The notes beneath the pieces are model-generated. The model made no database searches and was not told the origin of the DNA. It worked only from the letters and a program-made list of their open reading frames with translations. Source: Octopus vulgaris (taxonomy: Eukaryota). From it: DNA of 64,000 bases. A program made the translations under genes and the position numbers. The stretch covers positions 36,270,001 to 36,334,000 of the forward strand of contig OX597814.1 in assembly GCA_951406725.2 (NCBI GenBank), given 5' to 3'. Numbering within the stretch: position 1 is the stretch's first letter; each line of letters begins with the position of its first letter. Of the stretch, positions 26,073 to 38,506 are shown in pieces.

Positions 26073-26476
26073 ATTCTTTTATTCTGTTATTTGTGTCAGT
26101 CATTTGACTGCTGTCATGCTGGAGCACCGCCTTTAGTTGAACAAGTTAACCTAGGACTTATACTTTGTGAGCCTAGTACTTATTCTATCGCTATGTTACG
26201 GGGATGTGAGCACCCCGACATTGGTTGTCAAGTGATGGGGGGGGGGACAAACACAGGCACACAAACACACACACACACACATACACACGCACACACACAC
26301 ACACACACATATGATGGGCTTCTTTTAGTTTCCGTCTGCCATATCCACTCACAAGGCTTTGGTTGGCCCACAAATATAGTAGAAGACACTTGTCGAAGGT
26401 GTGACACAGTGGGACTGAACCTGGAACCATGTGGTTGGTAAGCAAGCTATTTACCACACAGCCATGCCTGCACCTA
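26073..26476 (-). mobile_element. SINE family A
   Basis: Reverse complement of the full family A structure. Confidence 0.88.
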
Positions 26477-27369
26477 TGAGCCACCCCTCTGCACACACAA
26501 ACACACTCACACATTCAAAGCTGTCTAAATATATTTTACTACTACATCAATTCTCATGATAAACTGATAAATACTAAACTCAGAATAACAAAGAAGTACA
26601 GTGTCAGTTTCAAAGAAATAAATAAGCTGTTTACACCTTGTGAGTACTTTTGTTTATTCATCCCAAAGACACACATACTCACATGTATGCATAGAGAGAG
26701 ATCAAGAGAGACACACACTTACACACACACACACACACACCTACATGCACACATACACACATACACACACACGCACAACAGACACACATGCATTTATTTC
26801 TGCTTTCTCATTCAAATTAGACCATTTTCCTTTCAACTCAATGGCACTGATCACATATGTTCTTGCATTATGGGATAAATTTTTAAGTGATACGCTATTC
26901 ATATTAGCATTTTTTTTCTTACAGGTTCTCTTGCTCGGTGAAAAGATATTAATATTACCAATTCTCCAAGCTAGTATCATGAAATTGAATTAAGTTAGCA
27001 AGATCATTGAGCTTGGATTGTGTTCATAGCTGAAGCAAAAAGTATTTTACTAATGCAGATTATACCAATTGGGGAAACCTTGGACATTGCAACATTTCAT
27101 TCCTGGCCATAAAATATTGGAGCATCTGTTTGGTGGAAATAACCAATATTATAATTTTTCTGGCATTTGTTTATAGTTTGTCATGGAGAATATAGTATTC
27201 TGTTTGTCTGTCAGTATGTCTCTTTAATTCTCTCTTCTTTTCACTCCTGCTCTCTCTTTCTTTATTCTTTATACATACATATAAGCATACATGTAATACA
27301 AAACAACGAAATTATGCAGTGTAGACACAGACATATTTCCAAACACATGAATATATAGGCATACATATG

Positions 27370-27462
27370 CACACACACACAAACAGTAAAACACACACAC
27401 ACACACACAAACAGTAAAACACACACACACACACACAAACAGTAAAACACACACACACACAT
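27370..27462. repeat. Minisatellite, (CA)n-AACAGTAAAA unit x3
   Basis: Three consecutive cacacaaacagtaaaa units. Confidence 0.9.
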
Positions 27463-27548
27463 ATACATTCGTGTGTAAGAGAAAATTGTGATGTTACAGG
27501 AGAGAAATGTGTCTGTATAGATGGTGGTGCACTTGCTTTTAATGATTC

Positions 27549-27785
27549 TTATTTCTTTATTGCCCACAAGGGGCTACACACAGAGGGGACAAACAAGGAC
27601 AGACAAAGGGATTAAGTCGATTACATCGACCCCAGTGTGTAACTGGTACTTATTTAATCGACCCCGAAAGGATGAAAAGCAAAGTCGACCTCGGCGGAAT
27701 TTGGACTCAGAACGTTAGCGGCAGATGAAATACCGCTAAGCATTTCGTCCAGTGTGCTAATGTCTCTGCCAGCTCACTGCCTTCT
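27549..27785 (-). mobile_element. SINE family B, full length
   Basis: Complete tail-to-head reverse copy with flanking taatgat(t)ctt duplicates. Confidence 0.9.
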
Positions 27786-27799
27786 AATGATCTTAATGA

Positions 27800-28940
27800 T
27801 TCTGTAAAGAAAGAGGCTTGGATATGCCATTATGAAAGGCTGCTGAATGTGGAGAATGAATAAAAGCAGGAGGGCCTGCCAAATTTTGACTCACTTGAGG
27901 GACAAGCTACCTGAATCTCTAGCACCCTGGTAGATAAGGCAATTAGGAATATGAAGTCAGGAAAGCCCCCAGCCCATCAGGAATCACTGCTGAGATACTT
28001 AAAATATCTGGTGGTGTGGGTTATGGTCTAGCCACCTGTATTGTAAATCAGGTAGTTCAAGAAGGAGTCACGCCAAATGATTGATGTAGCAGCACCATAG
28101 TCAAATGCTATGAAGGTAAAGGTGATGCTTTAGGTAGAAATAACTACAGGGATATCAAACTGCTGGATCAGGTGATGAAGGTCACCTAATAAGGGAGAGA
28201 GACTGCTTAGATGAGATGCAGTTCAGTTTTGTGCCAGGTAGAAGCACTATTGATGCTATACTTCTGGCAAGGCTATTGCAGGAGAAATACCTAGCCAAAG
28301 ATGAATCTCTATACTTAGCTTTTGTTGACTTGGAGAAAGCCTTTGACAGGGTCCCCTGATCCTTTATCTGGTGGGTGATGCAGAAACTTGGAATAGACGA
28401 GTGGTTAATAAGAGCTGTACAGGGATGTAGTCAGTAAGGTAAGGGTTGGCAATGAGTATAGTGAAGAATCCCAGGTAGAAGTAGGTGTTGTCCTCAGCCC
28501 CCTCTTATTCATCAAACTCCTCGAAGCAATAACAGAGGAATTCAAGACAGGCTGCCCCTAAGAGCTCCTCTATACTGATGACCTTGCTCTCATAGTGGAA
28601 TCACTACCAGAACTAGAGAAGAAATTTGAGGTGTGGAAGCAAGGTTTAGAATCGAAGGGCCTTAGAGTCAATGTTGCAAAAAACCAAAGTCCTAGTAAGT
28701 AGGAAGGTGAACACATCACAGACTCCTTCAGGCAGATGGCCCTGCTTGATCTGTAGAAAAAAGTGTAGATAGAAGCTCCATAAGATGTACCCAGTGTAAA
28801 CTATGGACACATAAGTAGTGCTGTAACATCAAAGGAAGGCTAACCAGGATGATAGCTTTTGTGTGAGCAAAACACTGAAGATGCACAGAAAACAGATTCC
28901 ATCAGATGCCAGGGGAAGAAACTAGAAATAGTTGATAGCA
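27800..28940 (+). mobile_element. RTE-clade LINE reverse transcriptase, pseudogenised, with PHD finger
   Basis: NYRDIKLLDQVMKV, QFSFVPGRSTIDAI, FVDLEKAFDRVP (28321), VLSPLLFI, LLYTDDLALI (28565), then WPCLICRK..SIRCTQCKLWTHK*C. Multiple stops. Confidence 0.92.
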
Positions 28941-29115
28941 TTTTCACCATCACAAATTAATAGGCAAGTATAATGGAAATGGTAATTGTGTCAGAACAAA
29001 CGTTTATTTAATTCAATAGTAAAGGTTTAACAAAAAAATTATTCATAATTTTCATGGTAAACATAATGATAAGTTCATATGAAAATATCCATGGGATTAT
29101 GATGTCATAAAGCCC

Positions 29116-30132
29116 CTAATGTTTAATGTATGATTCTCCACATGCAGTAACCTTCCCTATGCACTCATCCATTGAATTTGTCAAGATGATGATATCCTCT
29201 TGCGTCATGCTTTGAGCAGCATCTACAATAGCCTCCCAGAGGGCAACTTTTCTTCAACACTGTCATCCATCTTGTTAAACACGGCTCTTCAGAATACCCC
29301 ATAAGTTCTTCATTGGGTTTAAGTCAGGAGTGCAAGGTGGCCACTCACCAAGTGACCTCCAGAGAAGCCTATTTACTGCAGGTATTCTTTAGAATTCTTC
29401 GTTGCATGAGACAGGGCATTATCTTGCATGCAGACCAACTTTCTCTTGAATGAAAGTTTTTGCTTTTTGAACCAGAGTCAGAAATCTTTCTTTAAAAAGG
29501 TATTATATAATTTTGATGTCGTCTTAATGCCATCTAGGACTTTACATGGCCCGACCATCATACTACCAACCAACAATGTCAGCCCTAAACATGACCCCAC
29601 CTCCCTCCTGTTGGCATCTCAAATGATGAGGACAGTTCATGCTGATTGATATCCAACCTTTGTTCCAACCATCTGGTGCATCAAGGGTAATATGGCATTT
29701 TTAGTGAATAGAACTGTTGAAAACCTTATCTTCATGTATTCCTCTTCCTATTTCAGTCTTTTCTGTTTATGAACAGCCTACACAAGGAGGCTTTGTAACA
29801 AGTTTAACATTCAGGGCTACCTGCTTCAAGAGGTGGCCCCTGGTAGTTTTTGATACATCTTCCTTGCCACAATGTTAGGAGACTTCTCTGCTTGAAGGAC
29901 GTAGGTTCTGCACAACTTTCCTTTTTACATGTGACAAAGTATTATTCGAAGCAACCCTCGACTTACCCTTATCTGCCCTTGACTAGACAGAAATAGGAGA
30001 CTGCACAAATATCTTCACTGTTTGATGATCCCTTCTGAGTACTTTTGATATTTCTATGGTTGTTTTTCCTTTTCCAAGCTCTGACATGATGGTAGACTTC
30101 TCATTCGAGGTAAGATCACGTTTCTAACCCAT
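29116..30132 (-). mobile_element. Tc1-family transposase pseudogene
   Basis: MG*KRDLTSNEKSTIMSELGKGKTTIEISKVLRRDHQTVK (HTH), MQDNALSHA, EWPPCTPDLNPMKNLWGILKSR. Stops and frameshifts; the catalytic E reads K. Confidence 0.9.
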
Positions 30133-30141
30133 ATATATGTA

Positions 30142-30270
30142 TCCTTTTCTGTCAAAGAGCCAAAGAGCGTAGGCTTGAAATGTCAAAGACTTTTCCATTC
30201 TTTCCAAGAGTCAAACTAATACACCTGCTTGTTGTTCCTTCACCTATTTCCATCTTCTGCTTTTGGTGTG
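30142..30270 (+). mobile_element. Penelope-like repeat fragment with degenerate hammerhead-like motif
   Basis: ctgtc..gagcgtaggcttgaaatgtcaaagac is homologous to 61658-61790. A further fragment lies at 54955-55045. Confidence 0.5.
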
Positions 30271-30756
30271 TATATATATAATTATAAAATTTCTTTAGGA
30301 TAGCATAGAAAGCATATATATATCTATCTCTCTTTCTATATATATGATATATATGTATGTAGTAGACACTGCTCAAGGCACCTACTATTGGTGAATTGTT
30401 TATATGTAACTCATTATCTAAAATATATTCTCAGTTCTCGTTGTTTTAGACACTATTTTTATGAAGAAAATTTAAACAATTAAAAGTAGTATAATTTTGC
30501 CTTAACATAATATCAAAATTTAGTCATGAAATCTTATTGCAAAGTCTCAGCTGCACATCACACTTAAAATCAGAAATATACCCATTGTATTTGGGAAAAA
30601 ATAAATTTACATCATCTTCAAATTCCCATAAATACTTCCACAATCATTTAGACTGGACATGGTCAGAAATATGTAACAGAAAATTAAATTTACTAATAGA
30701 AAAGGTTGTGCTATCACAGTCACCTAGAAAACTCATTGTTTTGTTACTATACTCAA

Positions 30757-31163
30757 ATAGGTGCAGGCATGACTGTTTGATAAGAATCTTGTTTCCCAAC
30801 CACATGATTCTGTGTTCAATCCTACATTGTGGCATCTTGGGCAAGCATCTTTTACTATAGCCTTTGGACTGATTGAAGTCTCGTGAGTGAATTTGGTGGA
30901 CAGAAACTGAAAGAAGCCCATTGTATGTATATATTTATGTGTGCATGACTTAGTGTCTGTGTTTGTCTCCTCCACCATCGCTTGACAACTGATGTCGGTG
31001 TGTGTACATACCTGTGACTTAGTGGTTCAGTAGAGGAAACTAATGGAATAAGTACTCAGGTTACAAAGAATAAGCTCTGGGGTTGATTTCTTCGACTAAA
31101 ACCCCTAAAGGTGGTGTTCCAGCACGTCTGCAGTCAAATGACTGAAACATGTAAAAGAATAAA
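30757..31163 (+). mobile_element. SINE family A
   Basis: Full head-to-tail similarity to 13426-13833. Confidence 0.85.
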
Positions 31164-31164
31164 T

Positions 31165-31382
31165 ATTGGTTTCAAATTTTGGCACAAGGCCAGCAATTTA
31201 GAGGGAGGGATCAAGTCAATTATATTCACCCTAGTGTTCAAATGATACTTATTTTATCAACCCCGAAAGACTGAAAGACAAAATCATCCTTGGTGGAATT
31301 TGAACTCAGAATGTAAAGATGGATGAAATGCCACAAACTTTTTTGCTTGGCAGGTTAGCAATTCTTCCAGGTTGCTGCCTTT
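31165..31382 (-). mobile_element. SINE family B, alternative-tail subfamily
   Basis: Family B core with a tail reading ggcacaaggccagcaatttagagggaggg on the + strand. Confidence 0.75.
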
Positions 31383-31444
31383 TACCATATGCTAATATTA
31401 GCAAACAAAATATGCCCAATCATGAGGTAATGAGCTCAATTCAA

Positions 31445-31712
31445 AGACTGTGTTGTGTGTTGTGTTCTTGAGCAAGACACTTTATTTCACTTTGCTTCAG
31501 TTCACTCAGCTGTAGAAATGAGTTGCGACATCACTGGTGCCAAGCTGTATCAACCTTTGCCTTTCCCCCTGGATACCATTGGTGAAATGGAGAGGGCAGA
31601 CTTGTAAGGGTAACTGATGGTCTCCCATAAACAATCTTACCTGGACTTGTACCTTGGAGGGTAACTTTCTAGGTACAATCCTATGGTCATGCATGACTGA
31701 AGGGGTTTCTTA
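31445..31712 (+). mobile_element. SINE family D, 5' truncated
   Basis: Reverse complement of 5977-6260. Confidence 0.8.
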
Positions 31713-31726
31713 TTTATATATGTATA

Positions 31727-32121
31727 CTAACAGTATCACCCGGCGTTGCTCGGGTTTGTAAGGGAAATAACTATACAGCATTTTTAGAGAGTTATAGCCA
31801 AAAAATAGCAAAAAATTGCATTAAAAATGGAAAAAATATGATGGTAAATTTTTTTTTAAATCGTTGACTCATCGTAGACATTTTTAGAGAGGTACTTCCC
31901 TTTAAAAGAATATGCATGAAAATGGAAAAAAATGATGGTAAATTATTTTTAAAATCGTAGACTCATCGTAGATGTGTGCTAATACCCAGAAGGGCTCGAT
32001 ATGAATCACGACTATAAGATAACCCGCTTTTGGTTAAACTGCACTGCAAAATGTGGGAGTAGTTACGAATCTAAATCGAAGGGGACAGACACTCACACAA
32101 CTACAGTTTTATATATATAGA
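31727..32121 (-). mobile_element. Non-autonomous Helitron, subfamily H1
   Basis: 5' TCtatatatataaaa, 3' hairpin cccgagcaacgccggg, TTAG end. Homologous to 53521-53822. Confidence 0.85.
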
Positions 32122-32553
32122 TATATCCTGAGAAGTGATAATTTACAAAACTTAATATGGAAGTAGAGAATACTCTTTAATACATTAAATGTAATAGGCC
32201 CTTAATTCCAGTACTCCAAGTTACATGTTTCAGATCATTCAGCTGGTAATCCAATCCTATTTTCTCTTGAAATATCTGTTGTCTGAATGTTTTTTGAAAT
32301 GTTATATGAAGATTAAGAAGGAAATGCTTATCTTTATGCTTTTTTTAAGCAACATGTGCAAAAATGATTATTTAAATCTCTTGTTTTTAATTTCATTTTT
32401 GACTCCTGTGGGAATACTCCAAATGTCTTAAACTTCATAGAAGCAATGTCATGCTAATAATATTTCTCCTGAACTTGTGTTGTGTAAGTAATATGATAAA
32501 ATCAATGTATATGTGTTTTTTACATGTATATGTGTATATACATAATATATATA

Positions 32554-33274
32554 TCTATATATATAAAACTCAACTTGAGTGTCTGTGTGTGTATCTGTGT
32601 GTGTGTCTGTGTGTTTAACTTCCCGGCACATCTCCTCCTAGCCAACAAATCATAGAACCACCAATATTGGGTCACTTAAAGTTTAGACGAATGAAAATTG
32701 AACTGTGCTATTTCTGTTCCGAAATTCATCTCATAAGTGCAAAATTCGATAATGTGCTTGTTTAGGCCTTATCCCATGCATTGAATAGTGAACTTTACTC
32801 AGTCAGCTGTTTAACGTGAACTGTGTTCACCACGCGTGCAAGCATGCGTAAATTGCATAAAAAGTAAAAAATCAAGATATAAAAACGAATTGCCGTAAAC
32901 ATAGTAGAAATTTGGCAAAGAAATGAATTTTCGGGATGTAGCCTGGAGGGTTTTTTCGTATTAATCGTTTGGACTTCGTGAACACATACCAATTGTTTTC
33001 ATAACATTTTTAATGCTTTGAATTAAATGTGACCATTTTGCGTTGAGTCTGCAGTTTGAATCACTTTAACCGAATTTTAGCAGGCTGGATTTTTAATCAT
33101 CACAATACATCGCCAGTGACTCCCTGAAACTCTCCCCTGAAATCCCCATTGAGAAATCTATATATATAAAACTCAACTTGTGTGTCTGTGTGTGTATCTG
33201 TGTGTGTGTCTGTGTGTTTAACTTTTGGATCTACCAAGTTTCATTATTAAGGATGGAAAGTAGTGTGTAGCAAA
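32554..33274 (+). mobile_element. Two Helitron 5'-end fragments lacking 3' termini
   Basis: TCtatatatataaaactcaacttg..tgtgtttaactt, about 67 bp near-identical, at 32554 and 33157. Confidence 0.7.
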
Positions 33275-33670
33275 TCTATATATATAAAGCTGAAGTTGTC
33301 TGTGTGTGTGGCAGGTTTGGTAGCCTTTAACTAACACTATCTCCTTCGAGACCCTGCAGCGCAAGTTGACCAAAATTGAGAGTATGATAGAAGAAGGCTT
33401 GCTCTTCATTCTGAAGAAGATAAAATTCAAATAGGACCACGTTAACACCAAAAATTATTTACATCAAAAAAGTGCTTTTTTTTCTATGAAAATCCCTATT
33501 TTTTACGATTTTTGACTGCTGTGTCACCATTTTTCGGTGTATTTCAACTGGAAAAATGTTCACTTGAAGAGAATAACAAGCTACATAATGCTACATAATG
33601 CTACATAATTCAAAAATTCCAATTCTAAAGGGTGGAAACAAACCCAAGCAACACCGGGTGATACTGCTAG
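33275..33670 (+). mobile_element. Non-autonomous Helitron, subfamily H2
   Basis: A|TCtatatatataaagctg ... acccaagcaacaccgggt hairpin ... gCTAG|T. Homologous to 42191-42583. Confidence 0.88.
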
Positions 33671-33791
33671 TATATATATATAGCATACATACATATACAT
33701 GTGTATGTGTATGCGTGTGCATGTGTATTTCTATATATTTACATATACATATATATATCCATGCACGTGTATTCGTTCACACACACACACG

Positions 33792-33826
<35 letters not shown>

Positions 33827-33994
33827 GTACTATCGTAAATAACTCTTACAAAAGTTATGCTATTGCATTCTTGGTGGAAACATTAGAGAATCTCCTTTAA
33901 TGTCTAACCAGTTGGTTACAGTGACCCGCAGTAATGAAAATCGCAATCTTACAGCTTGAGTAAGGATATTCAGTTTTTGTTTTTATTATTGGTC

Positions 33995-34268
33995 AAATGT
34001 TTCTACTCTTGTTTCTTTAGAGAAGTATGGTTGTACTTGTATGTGAGGTGCATATGTTCCTTCCTCCAGTTGTAGAGAGGTTATTCACCTTCAGCTATTT
34101 CTAATAATTGCTTTCATGCCCTTCAGCAATGCTAATATTGCGCTCCTCAAAAACGCTACATATTGTCTGCTTTTGTGGAAGAATAATAAACTTTTTATTG
34201 CCAACATATTAAAGAGCTTCCTGAACTTTATCCATCTTTTATACTATTCACTCATAATGTGAGGTGAG
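33995..34268. repeat. Unclassified interspersed repeat, copy 1
   Basis: 34105-34268 closely matches 36381-36548. Confidence 0.75.
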
Positions 34269-34269
34269 A

Positions 34270-34535
34270 TCAATACTGGCAATGGCCACGCTCAAATGGT
34301 TTCTTTTTATGTGCCACCTGCATCATCACACTCAGATGGTGCTCTTAGCACCCGACTAGCATGGGGCTCAAGTGCCTGTAAGGTGACGCTGGTAATGATC
34401 ACACTCGAATGGTACCTTTTATGTGCCACTGGCATGGAAGCCAGTTAGCTGCTCTGTCAATGATCACACTCGTATGGTGCTCTTTGCACCCTGCTAGCAT
34501 GGATGCCAGTCATTGAATTTGATTTTGATTTAGAT
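34270..34535 (-). mobile_element. RTE LINE internal 3' UTR repeats
   Basis: cacgctcaaatgg..ttttatgtgccac units as in 50880-51200. Confidence 0.75.
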
Positions 34536-34564
34536 TTCCCTATGTAATAATAATAATAATGATA

Positions 34565-34772
34565 ATCCTATCTACTATAGGCCTGAAATTTGGAGGAGCG
34601 GGATTGTTGATTACATCAATTCCAGTACACAATTGGTACTTTTTTTATTGACTCTAAAGGGATGAAAGGTAAAGTTTACCTTGGTTCAATTTGAACTCAG
34701 AATGTAAAGAGCAGACGAAATACCATTTAGCATTTTGCTCAACAGGCTAACGATTTTGCCAGCTCGCCGCCA
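34565..34772 (-). mobile_element. SINE family B, alternative tail
   Basis: gatgaaaggtaaagt..tttgaactcagaa..tgccagctcgccgc. A second partial copy lies at 34788-34905. Confidence 0.75.
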
Positions 34773-35774
34773 ATAGTAGTAATAAGCATTTCTAATTTAG
34801 ATACAATGGCAGCAATTTTGAAGGGTAGAGGTTAGTTGATACCCTGGGAAGTGAATGGTACTTTTTTTATCAACTTTGGAGGGATGAATGGTAAAGTTGA
34901 CCTAAAATATAAATAATAATATAATGATAATTGTAATAGTATTCCTCATAATAGTTGGCCTAAAAATAAAAATAAAATAACAAAATAACAGAAAATATGA
35001 AATTTAATAATAGTAGTACTGACAATAATTCTCAGCATAATGATAATTATTGCTAGTACTATTATTATCTTTTCATGTTATTTTAATCTTATTTTCATTG
35101 TACTATCAGTATTAGTATCACAATTATCATTATTACTCTAATTATCTTTATCGTTATTAATTATTTTCCAGCATGTTAATTACCACAACTTACCACAATG
35201 CTTAAATTAGCTACCCCCCCTCTCCCCTGCTTAGTTTCTGGTTCCATTCAATTATTATGTAATTCTTAGCTCTTTCCTACCATTCTACATCCCCTGTTTC
35301 TCATAGTTTTTTCTTTTTATCCTTTCACTTCCTCCTCTCCTTCCAATACCCTCATTCATTTTCTTTCCTCTTCTCTGTTTTCTCATTCTCCTTCACTTCC
35401 TCTTCCTTTTCCTCTCATTACTTTCCTCCAGACTGCTCTTTTTACTTCCTCTTTATAACGGAATGTATGAACATTGTCTGAAGTAAAATCAATCTTCTCC
35501 ATAGAAATGAGTTGAAACATCTGGCTAAGTTATAAAGTGACAATAATGAGTGTCTGCACGTGTGTGTGTGTGTGTGTATGTGTGTGTTTGTGTGTGTGCG
35601 TGTGTGTTTGTGTGGTTGTGTGTTTGAAGGCAATTGACAGTGGTTTGCGTATTAGACTCAGAATCATTAGGTCATAGCTTTGATTTTTGAATTGGAGAGT
35701 ATCTTGGTTCAGCTTAATGAGTTTATAGGCTCAAGATGTGTGTGTGTATACATACATATTTATGCTTCATAATC

Positions 35775-35942
35775 ATCTTCATCATCATCATCATCATCGT
35801 TATCATCATTTAACGTCCGTTTTCCATGCTAGCATGGATTGGACAGTTCGACTGGTGTCTGGGAAGCCAGGAGGCTGCACCAGGCTCCAGTCTGATCTAG
35901 CAGTGTTTCTACAGCTGAATGCCCTTCCTAATGCCAACCATG
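35775..35942 (-). mobile_element. RTE LINE 3' tail
   Basis: (cat)n-ttaacgtccgttttccatgctagcatgg. Confidence 0.85.
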
Positions 35943-36380
35943 AGAGAGACATATATGAATATATATTCACATGTATGTGTATAAACATCCTCCCCATCCT
36001 CATCATGGTAATCATTACTTCAATATTTGATTGTTCTATGATATTAATTAAACAAATTGCAACATGCCAATTTATAACTTACCTGAATCTTATGTCACCT
36101 CAACTGTGGAAATTGTCATAGTATGATCTGATCACACAATTTCTTTATGTACAGTTCTTGATCTACTTCAGCCTTGGGTATATTTTTCTGTTAGTCCAAT
36201 GTAGATTTTTCACTCAGTATATCAAATGTCCATAGAAGTGCAGTGGGTTTCTTTTTTTTGTTTTTTTGCATACATCATGTCACATTCTAACTCATTTGTG
36301 CTTTAGTTTCCCATGCTATTTAACATCTAGTATGGAACATCATATTTGACTTAATTCTATCTCAGTTTCCAAATCCTCTA

Positions 36381-36795
36381 TAATTGTTTTCATGCCCTTA
36401 AGCAATGCCAATATTGCACTCCCTATAAATGCTACATATTGTCTGCTTTTGTGGAAGAATAATAAACTTTTTATTGCCAACATATTAAAGAGCCTCCTGA
36501 ACTTTATCCACCTTTCATACTATTCACTCATAATGTGAGGTGAGATCAGTAATTTTAATTTGAAATTAAGAAATATGAAGAGGAACACACATGGAGGTCA
36601 CTTGCTGAATTTTTTTATCTATCTTCTATAAAGTTCTTATAATTTCTATTTCGTTTTTGTATTTTGTTTGCAAGATTCTTTATGTGAATTTGTGTGTTGA
36701 AGCACATTTCATTGAGTCTGGGGAGATTCATTCTCCTTTAGTGCCTTATTATTTAACACACAGACTGGTTGCAGACAGGTTATTCACCTTCAGCC
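36381..36795. repeat. Unclassified interspersed repeat, copy 2 (copy 3 at 37222-37495)
   Basis: Matches 34105-34268. 36570-36765 is repeated at 37222-37418. Confidence 0.75.
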
Positions 36796-36816
36796 ATTTA
36801 TAATGAGTTACCTATA

Positions 36817-37222
36817 TAGGTGTGGCTGTGTGGTAAGTAGCTTGCTTACCAACCACATGGTTCTGGATTCAGTCCCACTGCATGGCACCTTGGGTAAGTG
36901 TCTTCTACTATAACCTTGGGCTGACCAAAGCCTCGTGAGTGGATTTGGTAGATAGAAACTGAAAGAAGCCCGTCATATTTGTATACATGTATATATGTAT
37001 ATGTGTTTGTGTTTGCATGTTTGAGTGTCTGTGTTTGTCCCTCCAACATCGCTTGACAACCGATGCTGGTGTGTTTACGTCCCTGTAACTTAGCAGTTTG
37101 GCAAAAGAGACTGATAGAATAAGTACTAGGCTTACAAAGAATAAGTCCTGGGGTCGATTTGCTCAACTAAAGGTGGTGCTCCAGCATAGCCGCAGTCAAA
37201 TGACTAAAACAAGTAAACGAGA
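36817..37222 (+). mobile_element. SINE family A
   Basis: Full-length similarity to 13426-13833. Confidence 0.9.
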
Positions 37223-37894
37223 GAAATATGAAGAGGAAGACACATAGAGGTCACTTACTGAGTTTTTTATCTATCTTCTATGAAGTTCTTATAATTTCTA
37301 TTTCGTTGCTATATTTAGTTTGCAAGATTCTTTATGTGAATTCGTGTGTTGAAGCATATTTCATTGTGTCTGGGGATAGTCATTCTCTTTTAGTGCCTTA
37401 TTATTTAACACACACTGGTTAAATTTCCACTCATTTAGTTATTTTTTCCAAAATTTTCATTGCATCTTGTAACTTTGCAATAGTTGTTGATTTTAGTTAT
37501 ATATATATATATATGTATATATATATGCTTAAAAAATATATAGAAGAACAAATAAAACAAATGGAAAATACGCACATAGTATGTCACCAACTCCACTTCA
37601 GTTATTGTCCATAAGATTGCAGCAATTTCATGCCTTTAACAATAACATTATCCCACTTTGGTGGCATCAGCGATGAGATCCCACTAGGGAAAAGCAAGCA
37701 AACAAACAAGGAGGGACGAAACATGACAAAAACTGAACATAGGAACAAAAAAAATTAATTGTACTTTTAAGATGAGACAAAAGGCGAATAGACAAGGGAC
37801 AAAGATGACTACAAACATTACAGAACGTGGACATATTAACAAAATGAATTAAATAAACAGAATAAGGCCTTATGGTTCAGACATCATATGAAAA

Positions 37895-38123
37895 ATGGGT
37901 AATGCCAGGAAGGGTATCCTAAAGAATTGGATGTGAAAGGAACAATGGAGAGACAACAAACCCTGTTGAAAGTGGGAGACAAGGGAAACCTGATTGGTTG
38001 CTTTGGCAATCGGCATCGAAAGGAAATGGAAATGAGAGGTGATGATGACCATGGGTCACGTTTTAGTTTCTCTTTTGTCCCTTTCACTTCCAGTCCTTTA
38101 GACTACCTTTCCTGGCATTACCC
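37895..38123. mobile_element. MITE-like hairpin with ~50-bp inverted repeats
   Basis: tgggtaatgccaggaagggtatcctaaagaattggatgtgaaaggaacaa versus ttgtccctttcacttccagtcctttagactacctttcctggcattaccca. Confidence 0.75.
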
Positions 38124-38130
38124 ACACACA

Positions 38131-38368
38131 TATTTCTTTATTGCCCACAGGGAGCTGAACATAGAGGGGACAAACAAGGACAGACAAAGGACAGACAAGG
38201 ACAGACAATTACATCAACCCTGGTGTGTAACTGGTACTTATTTAATCGACCCTGAAAGGATGAAATGCAAAGTTTACCTCGGTGGAATATGAACTCAGAA
38301 TGTAATGGTAGATGAAAGACCGTTAAACATTTCAATTGGCATGCTGTTTCTGCCAGCTCGCTGCCTTA
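38131..38368 (-). mobile_element. SINE family B
   Basis: Reverse copy with flanking acacacatat duplicates. Confidence 0.85.
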
Positions 38369-38506
38369 CATACACACATATATTATGGGCATAAACTTTC
38401 TGAAAAAAGATTATTCATGATGAATATTTGAAATGAGATGAAAGTGCTAAATAAATAATTATCAAAAATTCTGACTACCTCTTTTTCCTTTATATCTATA
38501 TATATT

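Noticed and set aside
26924-26993. Strong + strand acceptors at 26923, 21157, 17441, 14512, 8291 and 2779
   Set aside because: They are followed only by short frames without convincing donors, which is expected by chance in T-rich DNA.
37612-37680. Third hammerhead-like motif on the minus strand (CTGA-TGCC..GGCA-TGAAA-TTGCTGCAATC)
   Set aside because: The core lacks NGA and no stem I can be formed. At best it is a decayed relic.
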